From: the human T2T-CHM13v2.0 reference genome, Homo sapiens
DNA length: 64,000 nt
NCBI RefSeq assembly: GCF_009914755.1
Contig: NC_060928.1
Reading direction: 5' to 3' (one strand)
The notes below the pieces were generated by a model, which was not told where the DNA came from, searched no databases, and saw only the letters and a list, made by a program, of their open reading frames with translations. Below, piece after piece: positions 13,731 through 26,915 of the stretch. Within the stretch, counting starts at the first letter, position 1. Every line of letters starts with the position of its first letter. Made by a program: the position numbers and the translations under genes.

Positions 13731-14045
13731 TGTTACCCTGGGTGAGGAATTGGGAGGCCAGATGCAGATCAAGAGAGAGAAGCAAGACAGAGTGGTACAA
13801 AAGGTTCTATTCACAGTTCCCTGGGAAGAACAGAGCACAGTATGTGGGATTGTCCATGGTTGACTGCTCCTTGGCCTTGGGGTAATTAGGACTGGTATTT
13901 ATTGGCCCAGGAGTGTGAGAGCCCAATAAGTATGGCCATGTAGGGGTGTGGATTTAACTGGCTACTCAAAAAGGGGAACTAATCAGCCTCTGGCCAGGGT
14001 GCCTCAAAACTGGGTCAAGATAGCATTAATAAAAGCTATATTACA
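13731..14045. mobile_element. Possible old LTR fragment, family not assigned
   Basis: TGTTA...TTACA ends and LTR-like composition; no TSD seen. Confidence 0.35.
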
Positions 14046-14068
14046 AATGGGTTGTGATGGACTCCTAA

Positions 14069-14473
<405 letters not shown>

Positions 14474-14689
14474 TAGTATACAGAAGTTGAAAATTCAATA
14501 ACACCGTGAAAACTGATTTTACAAATGATTCCCCAACATCACAGGGGAAACTACTATTCATAGATAAATATGCATTTTTTCAGAACATTTTCTATGCTGA
14601 TAGGAAATGTGTATTCATGAACATTAATGCATATACACATTGTTTTGTAGTTTATAATAAAGATAAAAAGTCATGTCATATATGGCATA

Positions 14690-15640
<951 letters not shown>

Positions 15641-15814
15641 AGGTTTCCTAGAGAAGGTCTTCCTGATAGGGTAAATTTAGGAAGGTCTTCCCAATAGGGT
15701 AAATTTTTCAGGAGAGTGTGCTGGAAGAGACAATATTCCCAGCAATGATGTGATACTGATGAGGCTGAGGCTGCTGGGGGGGCTGGGTGGAGGTGTTGCC
15801 ACTGCAAGTCACTG

Positions 15815-15972
15815 TTAAGTGACTCTTAGCTTTTTGTGTGCCATATATTTATCTGAGATTCTGATAAAAGGTATGGACCCCAGACACAATTTTGACTATG
15901 ATTTCAGAGGTTTTACAGACCACTTGAAGTTTATCACAGACCCCTGCTTATCTTCATCTGGTTAAGGACCCT
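15815..15972 (-). mobile_element. MER103C-like hAT MITE
   Basis: tgagattctgataaaaggtatggacccc...cacaattttg...atttcagaggttttacagacc...ggttaaggaccc. Confidence 0.6.
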
Positions 15973-17593
15973 CCTTATTGCATTGGAAAATATCCAATCT
16001 AGGAAAACGTTTCAAATGATTTCTGCTGTCAAATATAGACCCTCAACTGACTCCTCCAGTAAAATTTCACCTGGGAAGCTGGGTATTCTAAGGCAGCCTC
16101 TTTCTGTAACCCACTTGCCTACCCTGGAAATTCATGACTCTTCCTGTCCCTGAATGTAAGGACTAGCGTCACCCTAGCTTAGGACCAGCATTCTCAGCCC
16201 TTCCCAGTAGAGCAACCTTTTTCACTGCACCCATGCATTCCCTACAGTCACTCTGACTTCACTGGATTTCAGACCCAGGGAGATGACAGCTGAGGCTCAG
16301 AGCTGGAGGGTGGGTGTGGGATTGTGGGGAGGGATGCTAAGGGCGGCAAGACACCGTCAAGAAGATTAGAATCTACCTGCCTTTGAAGAGCCCATGATGA
16401 AGGACATTAAATTTAGCAGCAGGGTCTTACAAAGGCTCTGTTCTTGAGTCTGTCTGTTGAGTCCTCTCTGTTGAGATTTTGCCCTTTGCATATGTCCTAT
16501 GATGCTATTATCTCTTGGAGATCTAAGTTGGAGTATCTTTTTCTTGTTTCATTTGCAGGAAATCTTTTTGGCTTACATTCTCTATCAACTAATTTCTTCA
16601 AAGGTTAGTCTTTCTAAAACCACAAAATGCTGGTTGCCTACAACCCAGTTGCTCCTCCTTCGTCCGTTGGTCCATGTCTATATTCTCTCTTCATTGTCTG
16701 CCACAATCAGCATTCTCCACGCTGTGAAGATGGAAGGGGAATTTTAAATTTCTTTTGGTGGAAAAGTTACTTTCAACTTCAAGGATAAATAAGAGTTAAT
16801 TTATTCACCATATATAAGTGCCTGGTGGTTCCTGTGTAACACAATGAAACATTCTCCCCTGTACCTCCTCAAAACATACACACACATTTTACATAAGACT
16901 ACAGTAACCTAAGAAGAGAGCCTCCTTAACATTTTATAACATATTGTATAAGCCAAGGGGCAAACCTGGCTAAAGTAGGCAGTATTTTTAGTGGTACAGA
17001 TTCCTGAGCCCAGCCTGGACTTTGGATTAGATGCTTTGAGGGTAAGCCCTGAGAGTCCTCATGCCCAGCCTAGCTAACTTCGTCGGTGGTTTGCTGTATG
17101 TAGCCAGCCCGGCACAGGTATGAAAACTGGGAGAGTTTACAGTGACAAAGAGTAAAAGTATATTATATAATCATGCAAAGTAAAAGAAGCAGATAAATCC
17201 TCTTTTCCTGGAAATTGGGGAACAATTTATGGAAGAATGAGTATTTCAGACCAACCTGAATGAAGAGAGCTCATGAAGGAGCAGGCGTTGTAGGCAGCAA
17301 TGGAGCCAGGGAGAGATTCAGAAGCAGGCATGGAAAAAAGGAGAATTATATGGATATCCTGGGAGAAATGAAGAGGCCAGGCTGGCTTGCTTCAGGTTTT
17401 GTGATCCTTCACTCTTCTGGGATTCCCCACCTTTGATGAGAAAGTGCTTTCATCCTCAGAACCATGCAACTGGACAGAGGGAAGATGTGCATTGATAGCA
17501 GTAAGGTTCCCAAGCTGATCAGACGGTGTCTCCCCGGCCAGAAATCCCTGCATGGAGCTATACCTCTTGCCTGAGCAACCCACCACCAGGGTC

Positions 17594-17771
17594 TCCAAGG
17601 CCACCCAACCCTTGCTGCACATTAGAATCACCTGGACCCTTTTTAAAAATACCAATGCCCAGGCCCCTTCCCCAATATTCTGATTTACAAGGTCTGGGGT
17701 GGGGCTCCAGCATAGGTATTTTTTAAAGTCCCCAGATGATTCTAATGTGCAGCCACAGTTGAGAACTACTG
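17594..17771. mobile_element. MER5A hAT MITE
   Basis: gctgcacattagaatcacctgg...ccagatgattctaatgtgcagccacagttgagaactactg, with palindromic arms. Confidence 0.85.
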
Positions 17772-18509
17772 ACCTGGCCAGTTGCAACCAACTAGCTGGG
17801 AAATTGTTGTTGACTTTGACCCTCAGTTTCCTCATCTGTTCTGGGGGATGTTGCCGAGGTGATGTCGTGGGTCTCCAGGACCTCCCTTCTGTCCTCTTCT
17901 CTTTGAAGGCATCTGGTTCTCTCTCCGAGCCTCTCTACTGCTCCTCGTGGTGTTTTGCTCCCATCTTTTCCCCTTCATATCTTATCTGCTATGCTTTCGT
18001 TCCTGTGAGCCCAGATCTCTGCTAAGTGACAAAGACTGCTAATTGCTTAATCAGATAAACTAATTGCTGTTAACACTACCTGGCGGAAGCATTCCCTTGC
18101 AAGTAAAACGCTACCTTGAGCCACTAAGGTTGTGCTCCCCAAGGAGCGAAGAGCAGTCTCTACATGTGATTTTCAGGCAGGGCTGATAGTGAATACCAGG
18201 GCCTGGCAGTTCCTCCAGGCCTACCACAGAGGGGCCGTATCTTTGAACAGAGAAAGTGTAGATAGAGAAAACAGCAGAGCCCCGACCTTACTGACTATTT
18301 GAAACTGGGCCATTACTTGGTTTCTCTGTTGTTTAGGGTGTAGCAACACTTACCTTCCAGAATTGTCATTAAGGGCCCATAAAAAGATGTGGCATGTTGT
18401 AGGTGTTCTATAAATATTAGCCTCCATTTTTCTTCCAAAATCCAGATTCAAATACACTTTTCAATAGCTACATCTCACTTTTAATACCAGGGTTTAAATC
18501 TGTAGCTAA

Positions 18510-19150
<641 letters not shown>

Positions 19151-19529
19151 GGTGCAGTCCATTTTTTAGATGTAAAGATTGAATTTTATATTTTTTCCTG
19201 TTAAATTCTCTCTTGCTATTTTTTTTTTCCCAGCCTTACACCATTTCCTGAGCTTCTGGATCCGGATTTTATTGTCCAACATGGTAACTAAACTTCTCAG
19301 GTCTGTGCCATCAGCAGAGATAGACAAAGGGCTCTTGATGTCTTCACTTAAATCATAAGTAACATTTTCGACAGAACAGGGCAAGAGAAAAACCCTTCTG
19401 CACCCTGAGCTTCCAGTATGATGCTAACAAATTAAGCAAACCTCTTTAGTTTTAATATTAGCTTCAAACTAACCAAGCTATATTCTCATTCGGTTCACAA
19501 TCCTTAATTCTCCACTGCCACTTTCTGCG

Positions 19530-19940
19530 GCAGAAACTAGTTTCCTATCCCAACATCCATTCTTTTCTTCCTCCTTAGTAACAGAACTCTAATTTTTAGC
19601 TGCTCTGATCCCAGCTTCTCTTGAAACTAGAGATGGTCATGTGCCTCGTTCTGGTCAATGAGTTGTAAATAGAATTCTTTTGTGGAACTTCAGGCAAGTC
19701 TCCCTAAAAGTAACTGACTCAGCTGGGGTAGATAGCCGTGCCTCCTTCCTGATGCTTGAATGTGGATGTAATGAGCCTCTAGCAGCCATCTTGAATCATG
19801 AGGTGACCTTGAGGATGAAGGATAAAGGAACCTGGTCTTTACTGACCATGGGACCATATCATAGAAGCCTGGGATTGCCTATTGCCAGATTTTCTTACAG
19901 GAGACAGAAATAAGCTTTCAAATTGTTTAAGCTTTTGAAT
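19530..19940 (+). mobile_element. Old MaLR LTR, MLT1K/L-like
   Basis: tcttcctccttagtaacagaac...cccagcttctcttg...ggtcatgtg...gttctggtcaatgag...gcagccatcttgaatcatgagg. Confidence 0.6.
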
Positions 19941-20004
19941 CTAATTTTAATGAAAGATGAAAATAATGAACACTTTGTTTAAAATCCAAACACTCTGTCT
20001 TTCT

Positions 20005-20145
20005 CAGAAAGAAGACAGGGAGAAAGAGAAAAGAGAGACAGAAAAAAAAGAAAGAAAAAAAGATAAAGGAAGAGGAAGGAAGGAAGGAAAGAAGGAGGGA
20101 AGGAAGGAAAAGGAGGGAACGAAGGAAGGCAGGGGAACGAGACTC
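20005..20145 (+). repeat. Polypurine low-complexity tract (GA/GGAA-rich)
   Basis: Almost purely A/G over ~140 bp. Confidence 0.9.
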
Positions 20146-20729
20146 TGAGTTTTCTGATGCAAATCTGGAATTCCTCCCATATCTGGAAGAGTTCTGTGCA
20201 TCTACAGCCTCTCCAACCTTTGAAAAAGAGCTTGGGAGGTCATTAGGAAAGGGAGAAAAACAAAAAGGGAAATTTGTCAGCATGAGTTTGAGTAGACCTC
20301 CTGATGTGAAGAGCTAGAAAAGCCTCTCTTTGGAGACCTAGGCCATTTCTAACAGTTTCCTTTGAAATCACTAATTATGTTCTAAAAAAGAAGGCGTCAT
20401 TGGAGCCAGAACCAGCAGCCAATTACCCACGAGAAATCACTCACTGTGTGGGCTGCCTTTTCTCTCTGTTCGCATAATTTTAAAATGCAATTTCTAGAAT
20501 CATGCTAAATACTTGTAAACAGAGATTGGTTTAATTGCAAGAAGAAACAATTTCAGGGGATAAAAAGGAGTTGTTTCTCCTTGTTTTATTGATAATAGAG
20601 CAGTCCACTTTGGGTCAGACTTATAGACTTACTTAGTCCATCTATCTTCTCACTCAAAGTCAGGTCCCTCTGCAACTCTGGTGAGAGGTACAGACTTCAG
20701 GAGAAGGTAGAGGTTGAGGCTGCTATGGG

Positions 20730-20930
20730 GTAGTGGAAAGAGCATAGCATTTGGACTTAGAAGACCTGGGTTCATAGTCCCAGCTCTGGTACTTTCTAGA
20801 TTGCTTCTATTATAACATTATAATAGGAAGCCACTTAGACTTCCTGAGGCTCAGTTTTCTCATCTTAAAAGTAGGACTGCCACACAGGGTGGGAAGAGCA
20901 AGGGGTAATATATAGGTGTGAAAACTAGAA
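20730..20930 (+). mobile_element. MIR
   Basis: gtagtggaaagagcatagcatttggacttagaagacctgggttc...cagctctg...ctcagttttctcatcttaaaa. Confidence 0.75.
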
Positions 20931-21039
20931 AGTACGCTAATGGAATGTGAGCTCCGTGAGAGTAGTGGCTCAGCTGCCTGCCGCCTTTCCTGTGTTCTGG
21001 ATGGTGCCTGTAAGATTGTATCGGTTATTTCGTATCAAT

Positions 21040-21434
21040 CAAAACTGCCACATAATGAAAATTATAGAGTGGCAGGGGCCTACCACCACCCACATTTGTT
21101 TCTCACAGGTCTGTGGGGTCTGGCTGATCTAGGCTGGGCCTGGCTCATCACCACTGGGCTGGTTCAGCTGGAGCAACTTAGCCAGGAAAGCCATGCTTTT
21201 CTCAAGACTAAGGGCTAGCTGGGGCTCATCCTTGTCATGGTGATGGCAGAAAGGCAAGAAGAAGCAAGGCCAGCATGTCTGTGCTATGTTTACTAATATC
21301 CCATCAGTCAAGGATGGAAGACATGTGGCTGGGGCTAGGGATGGGAATTTCATTCTGCCCACACAGCGGCATGATACTGCAAAGTTACATGGCAAAGGGT
21401 GTGAAGAATTGGGCCATAAATGCTGTCTACCACA
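21040..21434 (-). mobile_element. Old MaLR LTR, MLT1J-like
   Basis: tttctcacaggtctgtgggg...gctgggcctggc...tactgcaaagttacatggcaaagggtgtgaagaattgggcca...tctaccaca. Confidence 0.6.
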
Positions 21435-24400
21435 AGGTGCAAGTAGAATACACATGTTTTTTGAATGAATGAATGTTTTCTGAATGAATGAAGACAAATT
21501 CAAGACAGGTGAGGCTCTTAAAGCAAGTTCTCACCTTGGGCATCAAGGCTGTCTGTCTTCCAATGCCTGCAATCCTTTAACCAACGGAAGAGGGGGTAGG
21601 GAAAAAGTTACTACAATCGGACAGAGCCATGTAGTAAAAATAAATGAGTCTCCAGACTTCCCCTGTGAGCCCTGCCCAGCACCTAGAACCTTCAGCTCAC
21701 TTTTAACTAACTGTTGCTAAAATTACAGTTAATCTCTAAGGCGTTACCTAAAGATGTTGGGTCCATTTAAGAAGTGGAGGGACAACCAAGGTAGGAAAAT
21801 ATGTTTCTGTCTTCTTTAACCACAGGGAATCATTTGATTGCTTCTTGAAATGAAATTAAGAAAATAAGTCACTTAAAATTATCACAACAACCCAAAGAAC
21901 CAAACACTGAAATTATTAATGGTGGCTTCATTTGAGGAATTAGATTAGGGATAAGGTAGATGAAGAAGATATTTTCTTTATAATTGAAAACTTCCTGGGC
22001 TGTTGGGAAATAACTGTTTAACCATATGCATGTTATTTTTATAATACATTTTTGAAAAGGTTTAAAGATGCAGGCTGTGAAACTCCCTTCTTGTATGTGC
22101 TTTCAAACCCTAGAGGGATGAAGCTTTGAAGGTGGGATGACAGGCATTGGCTGTAGGAGGGAGGCCAGGGGCCTTGCCCAGAACCATCTCAAATCCTACC
22201 CTGTGGACAGCAGCTTGCCTGCCCTACTCACAAGGCCCCCATGTAAAAAAAGAAAAGGAAAGCAATCCCCCCTTCCTCATAATAACACACAGAAGAGAGC
22301 ATGAATGAAATTAACATTCTTGTCTGCTCACCCAGAATAAAATGTCACTGGGTGAGTAAGAAAGCGATTACTTCCAAGGCTGAATGAGCAAACTCTTTAG
22401 GCAGATGGGGAAGTCTTGTTGTACTCCTGATTTTGGGGTTATTTCCCTTGTCTTTCCATTTCTTCCTGCCTCCTCCAGGCTTCCTGTGGGCCTGGGTTTG
22501 CATAAAGAGTGTTTTTGGGGGCGCATATCCTGGGAAGGCACTGGCCTCTTTTTAGCATTTGCAATTTGGTTTTTAAATGTTGCTGTATAGCAGGAAGGCA
22601 TGTTAAGAAAAAGCGTGTGAGATAAGATGGATTTTTTTTTGGAAAATGCTGTTTGCAGCTCTCATCTGAGTAAGGCTTGGATAGCTCTGTTCTCAGAGTT
22701 TATTTCTGCTGCAGTATGATAAAGGTGGAGAACGACCTGCCCGCAGTTTTACGTTGCATAATGGCTGGATGGGGTCCTTTAGCTGCTGAATTGCTCTCTT
22801 ATATCACAGCTGATCAGAAATCTGGTGGTTTTCTCTGGGGAAGAGTCTCAGCCCAGCCGCCTCTGAAATGATGAGAGGGGAACAGATTCTGGAATTCCCG
22901 AGTTCCTTATTTATTGCTGAGACCAAAAGGTCTGTGTGTGGATGCATCTCTGTGTGTTTGTGCTTACTTACGAGTGTGTGCTGAGGTGGGGGCACTTGGG
23001 AGAAGAAAATCTCGGAGCAAAAGGACTTTTCCAAAGAAGAACATCATCTACCTTGTGCTCCTGTCATTTTAGCCACAGAGAGCAGAACAAACCATAAAAA
23101 TCAAAGCTCCAGTCCCCCATAAGCTAAGACAAATGACTACATGCCTCAAAGTCACTCCAACCTTGAAACACAGCTTGGAAAAGTCTTCCTGTAGCATGGT
23201 AACAAGTCATCCAGACTCAAGTTGGTTATAACCCAGCGAGAACCTGCCCTCACAGATACAGGAACTGGGAATGAGAAAAGGGTTTTGCTTCAGCCTGGAT
23301 CACGAGCTCCTTGGTTCTTTCCTCTCCCTGTCTTCCTCTTGGCTCACTTTGCAGAGATTTTCAGTCTATTTCAGCATCTCCCCATTAAAGTAAATAGTGC
23401 TTTCCCGAGAGCATATCTTTGATATTTCTGCAATTGTGCCATAGCCAGCTAATGTGTAATGCTGTAGTTTAATAGTCTATTAAAACACAGCACTGCACAT
23501 TAAAATCTCTACTGTATCACTGCAGATCTACTTAACAAAGGCGAGGTCCCCAGAAAGCACTATTCACTTGCTGAGAGTTGCTGCAACAGAACAGGAGAAG
23601 TCTCTTATGGCGGAAGAATTTAAAGGGGAAACGGGATAGTGGAGAGGACCTCCCTGTACCTCCTCATCGCCAACTAGAGCAGCCCCTTTGCCCGTCTGAA
23701 AGGAGCAAAATCTGCTGGTGCTATGGATTGCATCTGAAAATTCTTGGAGTTTAATAACAAATCCCTGTAGATCAAATCTCATTACTCAGATCTTTATTTG
23801 GAAGCACTTCAGTTTCCTCTCTCTCCCTCTCAGAGAGAGACAGAGTTCAGGAAAGCAGCCCCTAGCCTGGAAAATGCACCACTGGCCCCTCCCTCTAGAA
23901 CAATTGCCAGGGAGGAGGAGGAATTCTTCAAACAGCTGTAAATCCTCCCACCAACATCTTCCTCCTTTAGAAACTACAACACATCCCCACATCAAAGCCT
24001 CCCCTCAGCTGCCAAGAGAAAGAATCAATAGTGTAACAGAAAGGAAGCAACGTGAATGCAGGGTGTGTGGTGTAAACACCTCTACTGCAAATAACCCAAA
24101 TATCACCTTAGAAACAGGAGAATAAAACTCCTGGTGCTGAGGCTTCTGATGGGCCCCGCAAGTGAGCAGTCAAAATACCAGTAGCAGCTTTGCCACAGAG
24201 TCAGGTCCGGGGAGAGAAGAATAGGGAAGACAGCAAGACAAGGATGGGACTTTGCAGGTGGGATGGTCAGAATCAAAGGCAAAGAAAAAGTAGGTGAGTC
24301 GAGAAATAAGGTACAAAAAGTAGAAGAGACACACCCATTGGAATGAGCATCAGAAGCTCTGGCAATGGTCATGCTGCCGTTCAGTCACTTTAGGATGGGT

Positions 24401-25559
24401 CTGGTCAGTAACCTGCACATCCTCATCCACTAGCGAATGCAGGCCCTCTCAGTTTCCCTCCAGTTCTAGTGATTCCATGAACTCCGAGTAAACCTACCTA
24501 GTGGTTGTGCGTGTGTGTAGGGGTACACATCTTTAGTCATCTTAGTTTTTAAACTCTTAATGTCACTTGATAATTGTTTAATTTGTTGAGTCACTACGAT
24601 GCCTGCAGTGTTTCCGTGTCATAAAGTCAAAGCTTGCTGGAATTCATTGTGGACTTGTATTTTCCAAGCAAAGCCCTGAGTTATCTCAATTTAGTCATTT
24701 AAACTAGGAATTTAAATGACCAGTTTTAGGAGTATCTACTCCTGGCTTCCTGGATGATGAACACGTGGCCACCTTCTTCCGGAGACTATGAAGAAAGCAG
24801 CCGTGGCCTGGCCCCTCCTGACTCTCACACTGAGAATGCAGAAGCCCCAGTGCTTTTCTGCCCATGGAAGAGACAGAGGGTGTGGCCATGGTTGTTATTT
24901 TTAGTGGTTTTCTCTTCTAACCCTTCCCCAAAAATGCCAGTTGGGGCAAGGAGTAAGTACGTGGTTCTTTATCAATGTCCAACTCTTCTTGGATCTGTTC
25001 ACATAACTGACATGCATTTTGTGAGCTAACTTCCCACCTGGCTCCCTCTTATCCTTCCAGTAGCTCACGTTCCCGATGTCACCATGTCCTCACCTACCGA
25101 ACTTGAATTTAATCTAAATTGAAATTTTACTGTCATGACACATTTGGAGTTGCCTGGGATCCTATTTGGGGCAAAGTGGACACAAAACATGAATAAATGA
25201 ACTGATAATTCCCTGGCCTTTCTCCCCTAGTTGTAGGTACAGGTGTGTCTAGGGGTGGGGAGGTAATGGAAGATGGGGAAAACAGAACTGCCTTGGTGAC
25301 TTGGGGTAGAAATGGGGGTGAAGCTTTTACTTGACATTTAAGTGAAATGGGGTAACAGTGAAAAGAAGAAGTGTGAGGGCTTCAGCGTGTCTGAAAGCAG
25401 ACTTGTATGAGGAGAAGCAAAGAACCACAGAGACAATGTGATTTCTGAAGTGACGGGTGATGTTTTTCTTTAGTTTTCAATTCAATATTGAGGCACCGAG
25501 TATCTAGTCAGGAAGACCCTGTCAGGGAAGGGCCAAATCTTTATTGAGTCCTCCATTGG

Positions 25560-26055
25560 GCCAGTGGCTGGCTTTCATATGCATTATCTCATTGAGTCCT
25601 TGCAATGACCCTTCCACAGGGATTGTTCAGATTTTATAGGTGGAGAAACTGAGGCAGAAATGGGGTTAAGTCAGGGGTCCCCAACCCCAGGGCCAGAGAC
25701 TGGTAGCAGTCTGTGCCCTGTTAGGAACCACGCCACACAGAAGCAGGTGAGCAGTGGCAAGCCAGCATTACCACCTGAGCCCCACCTTCTGTCAGATCAG
25801 GGCTGGCATTAGATTCTCATAAGAGCACAAGCCCTATTGTGAACTGTGCATGGCGGGGATCTAGGTTGCACATTCCTTATGAGAATCTAATGCCTGATAA
25901 TCTGAAGTGGAACAGTTTCATCCCCAAACTATCTCCCAATTCCTGCCTACTATCTATGGAAAAATTGTCTTCCATGAAACTGGTCCCTGGTGGCAAAAAG
26001 GTTGGGGACTTCTGGGTTAAGTAATGGGCCCAAGGACACACACCAGCAAAGTGCA
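25560..26055 (-). mobile_element. MIR interrupted by MER1B
   Basis: gcattatctcatt...attttataggtggagaaactgaggcagaaatggggttaagt [MER1B] aatgggcccaaggacacaca. Confidence 0.75.
25672..26014 (+). mobile_element. MER1B hAT-Charlie element, full length
   Basis: Terminal inverted repeats caggggtccccaacc / ggttggggacttctg and a perfect 8-bp TSD GGTTAAGT (25664-25671 / 26015-26022). Confidence 0.92.
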
Positions 26056-26166
26056 AAAATTAGTATTTCAATACAGTTTTTCCTATCACCTTCTTATATG
26101 ACATCTTGGGACCACTTAGCCCATTAAAAACTTTGGGCCATAAAATTATGAATAATCCAATGTCTT

Positions 26167-26915
26167 TGAAATTGCCTTTGCAAAGATTATGACAGAGAGA
26201 GAAGTCTAGCATGACTGACTCCATCTTGCTTCTAGCCTCACAGGCTGGCTGTCTTTGCTCATTCCTAGGCATAGACCAAGCTAACCATAGGGGGAATTTA
26301 GTTTGCTGTTTAACTTTGAAGCAAGGATGATAATAGTCCCACGTAAAACTGACTTCTTCCTGTTCAGAGGCTGGAAACACCTTTGTAAGACTAATGAAAG
26401 GCCACAAGATTAGGATTATGGGAGGAGCTCAAATTCTGCTAAAAGGTAGGTATATTTCTATAACCTCTTACTGCTCAGGAGTCACGCAGCTAGGGGACAC
26501 AAGATTTGTGACTTCTCCAATTGCTCCTACAGATGACATCACTATTGTAGAACCTAAGATTGGTCTTTTGAGATGTTTTCCTGGCTGACCCACCCGGACT
26601 CATGACTTATCATGATTCAACCCATCCTGTTGCTCCCAACCCAAGGGTGGATTCAGCTCATGGGGACCACGTTCCATATCCCTATGATTGCATCCCCAAC
26701 CAATCCACAGCACCCACTCCCTAGTCCCCTGCACACCACACTGTCTTTGAAAAACCCTAATCTCCAAGCCTCTGGGGAAACTGATTTGAGCAAAAACCCC
26801 ATCTCCTGTGTGGCTGGCCTCCTGTCAATAAAACTCTTTCTGTACTGTGATACCACGGTCTCAGTGACCTGCTTTTTTCTGTGCAGAGGGAAAGAAGAAC
26901 CCATCAGCAATTATA
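26167..26915 (+). mobile_element. ERV1 solo LTR, LTR8 family (LTR8A/B-like)
   Basis: tgaaattgcctttgcaaagattatgacag...gactccatcttgcttctagcctc start; AATAAA at ~26827; gaagaacccatcagcaattata end. Confidence 0.85.

Noticed and set aside
16559-16602. Possible micro-exon (tttcttgtttcatttgcag | ... aag | gttagt)
   Set aside because: Splice-like signals alone are common, and there is no coding or transcript support from sequence.
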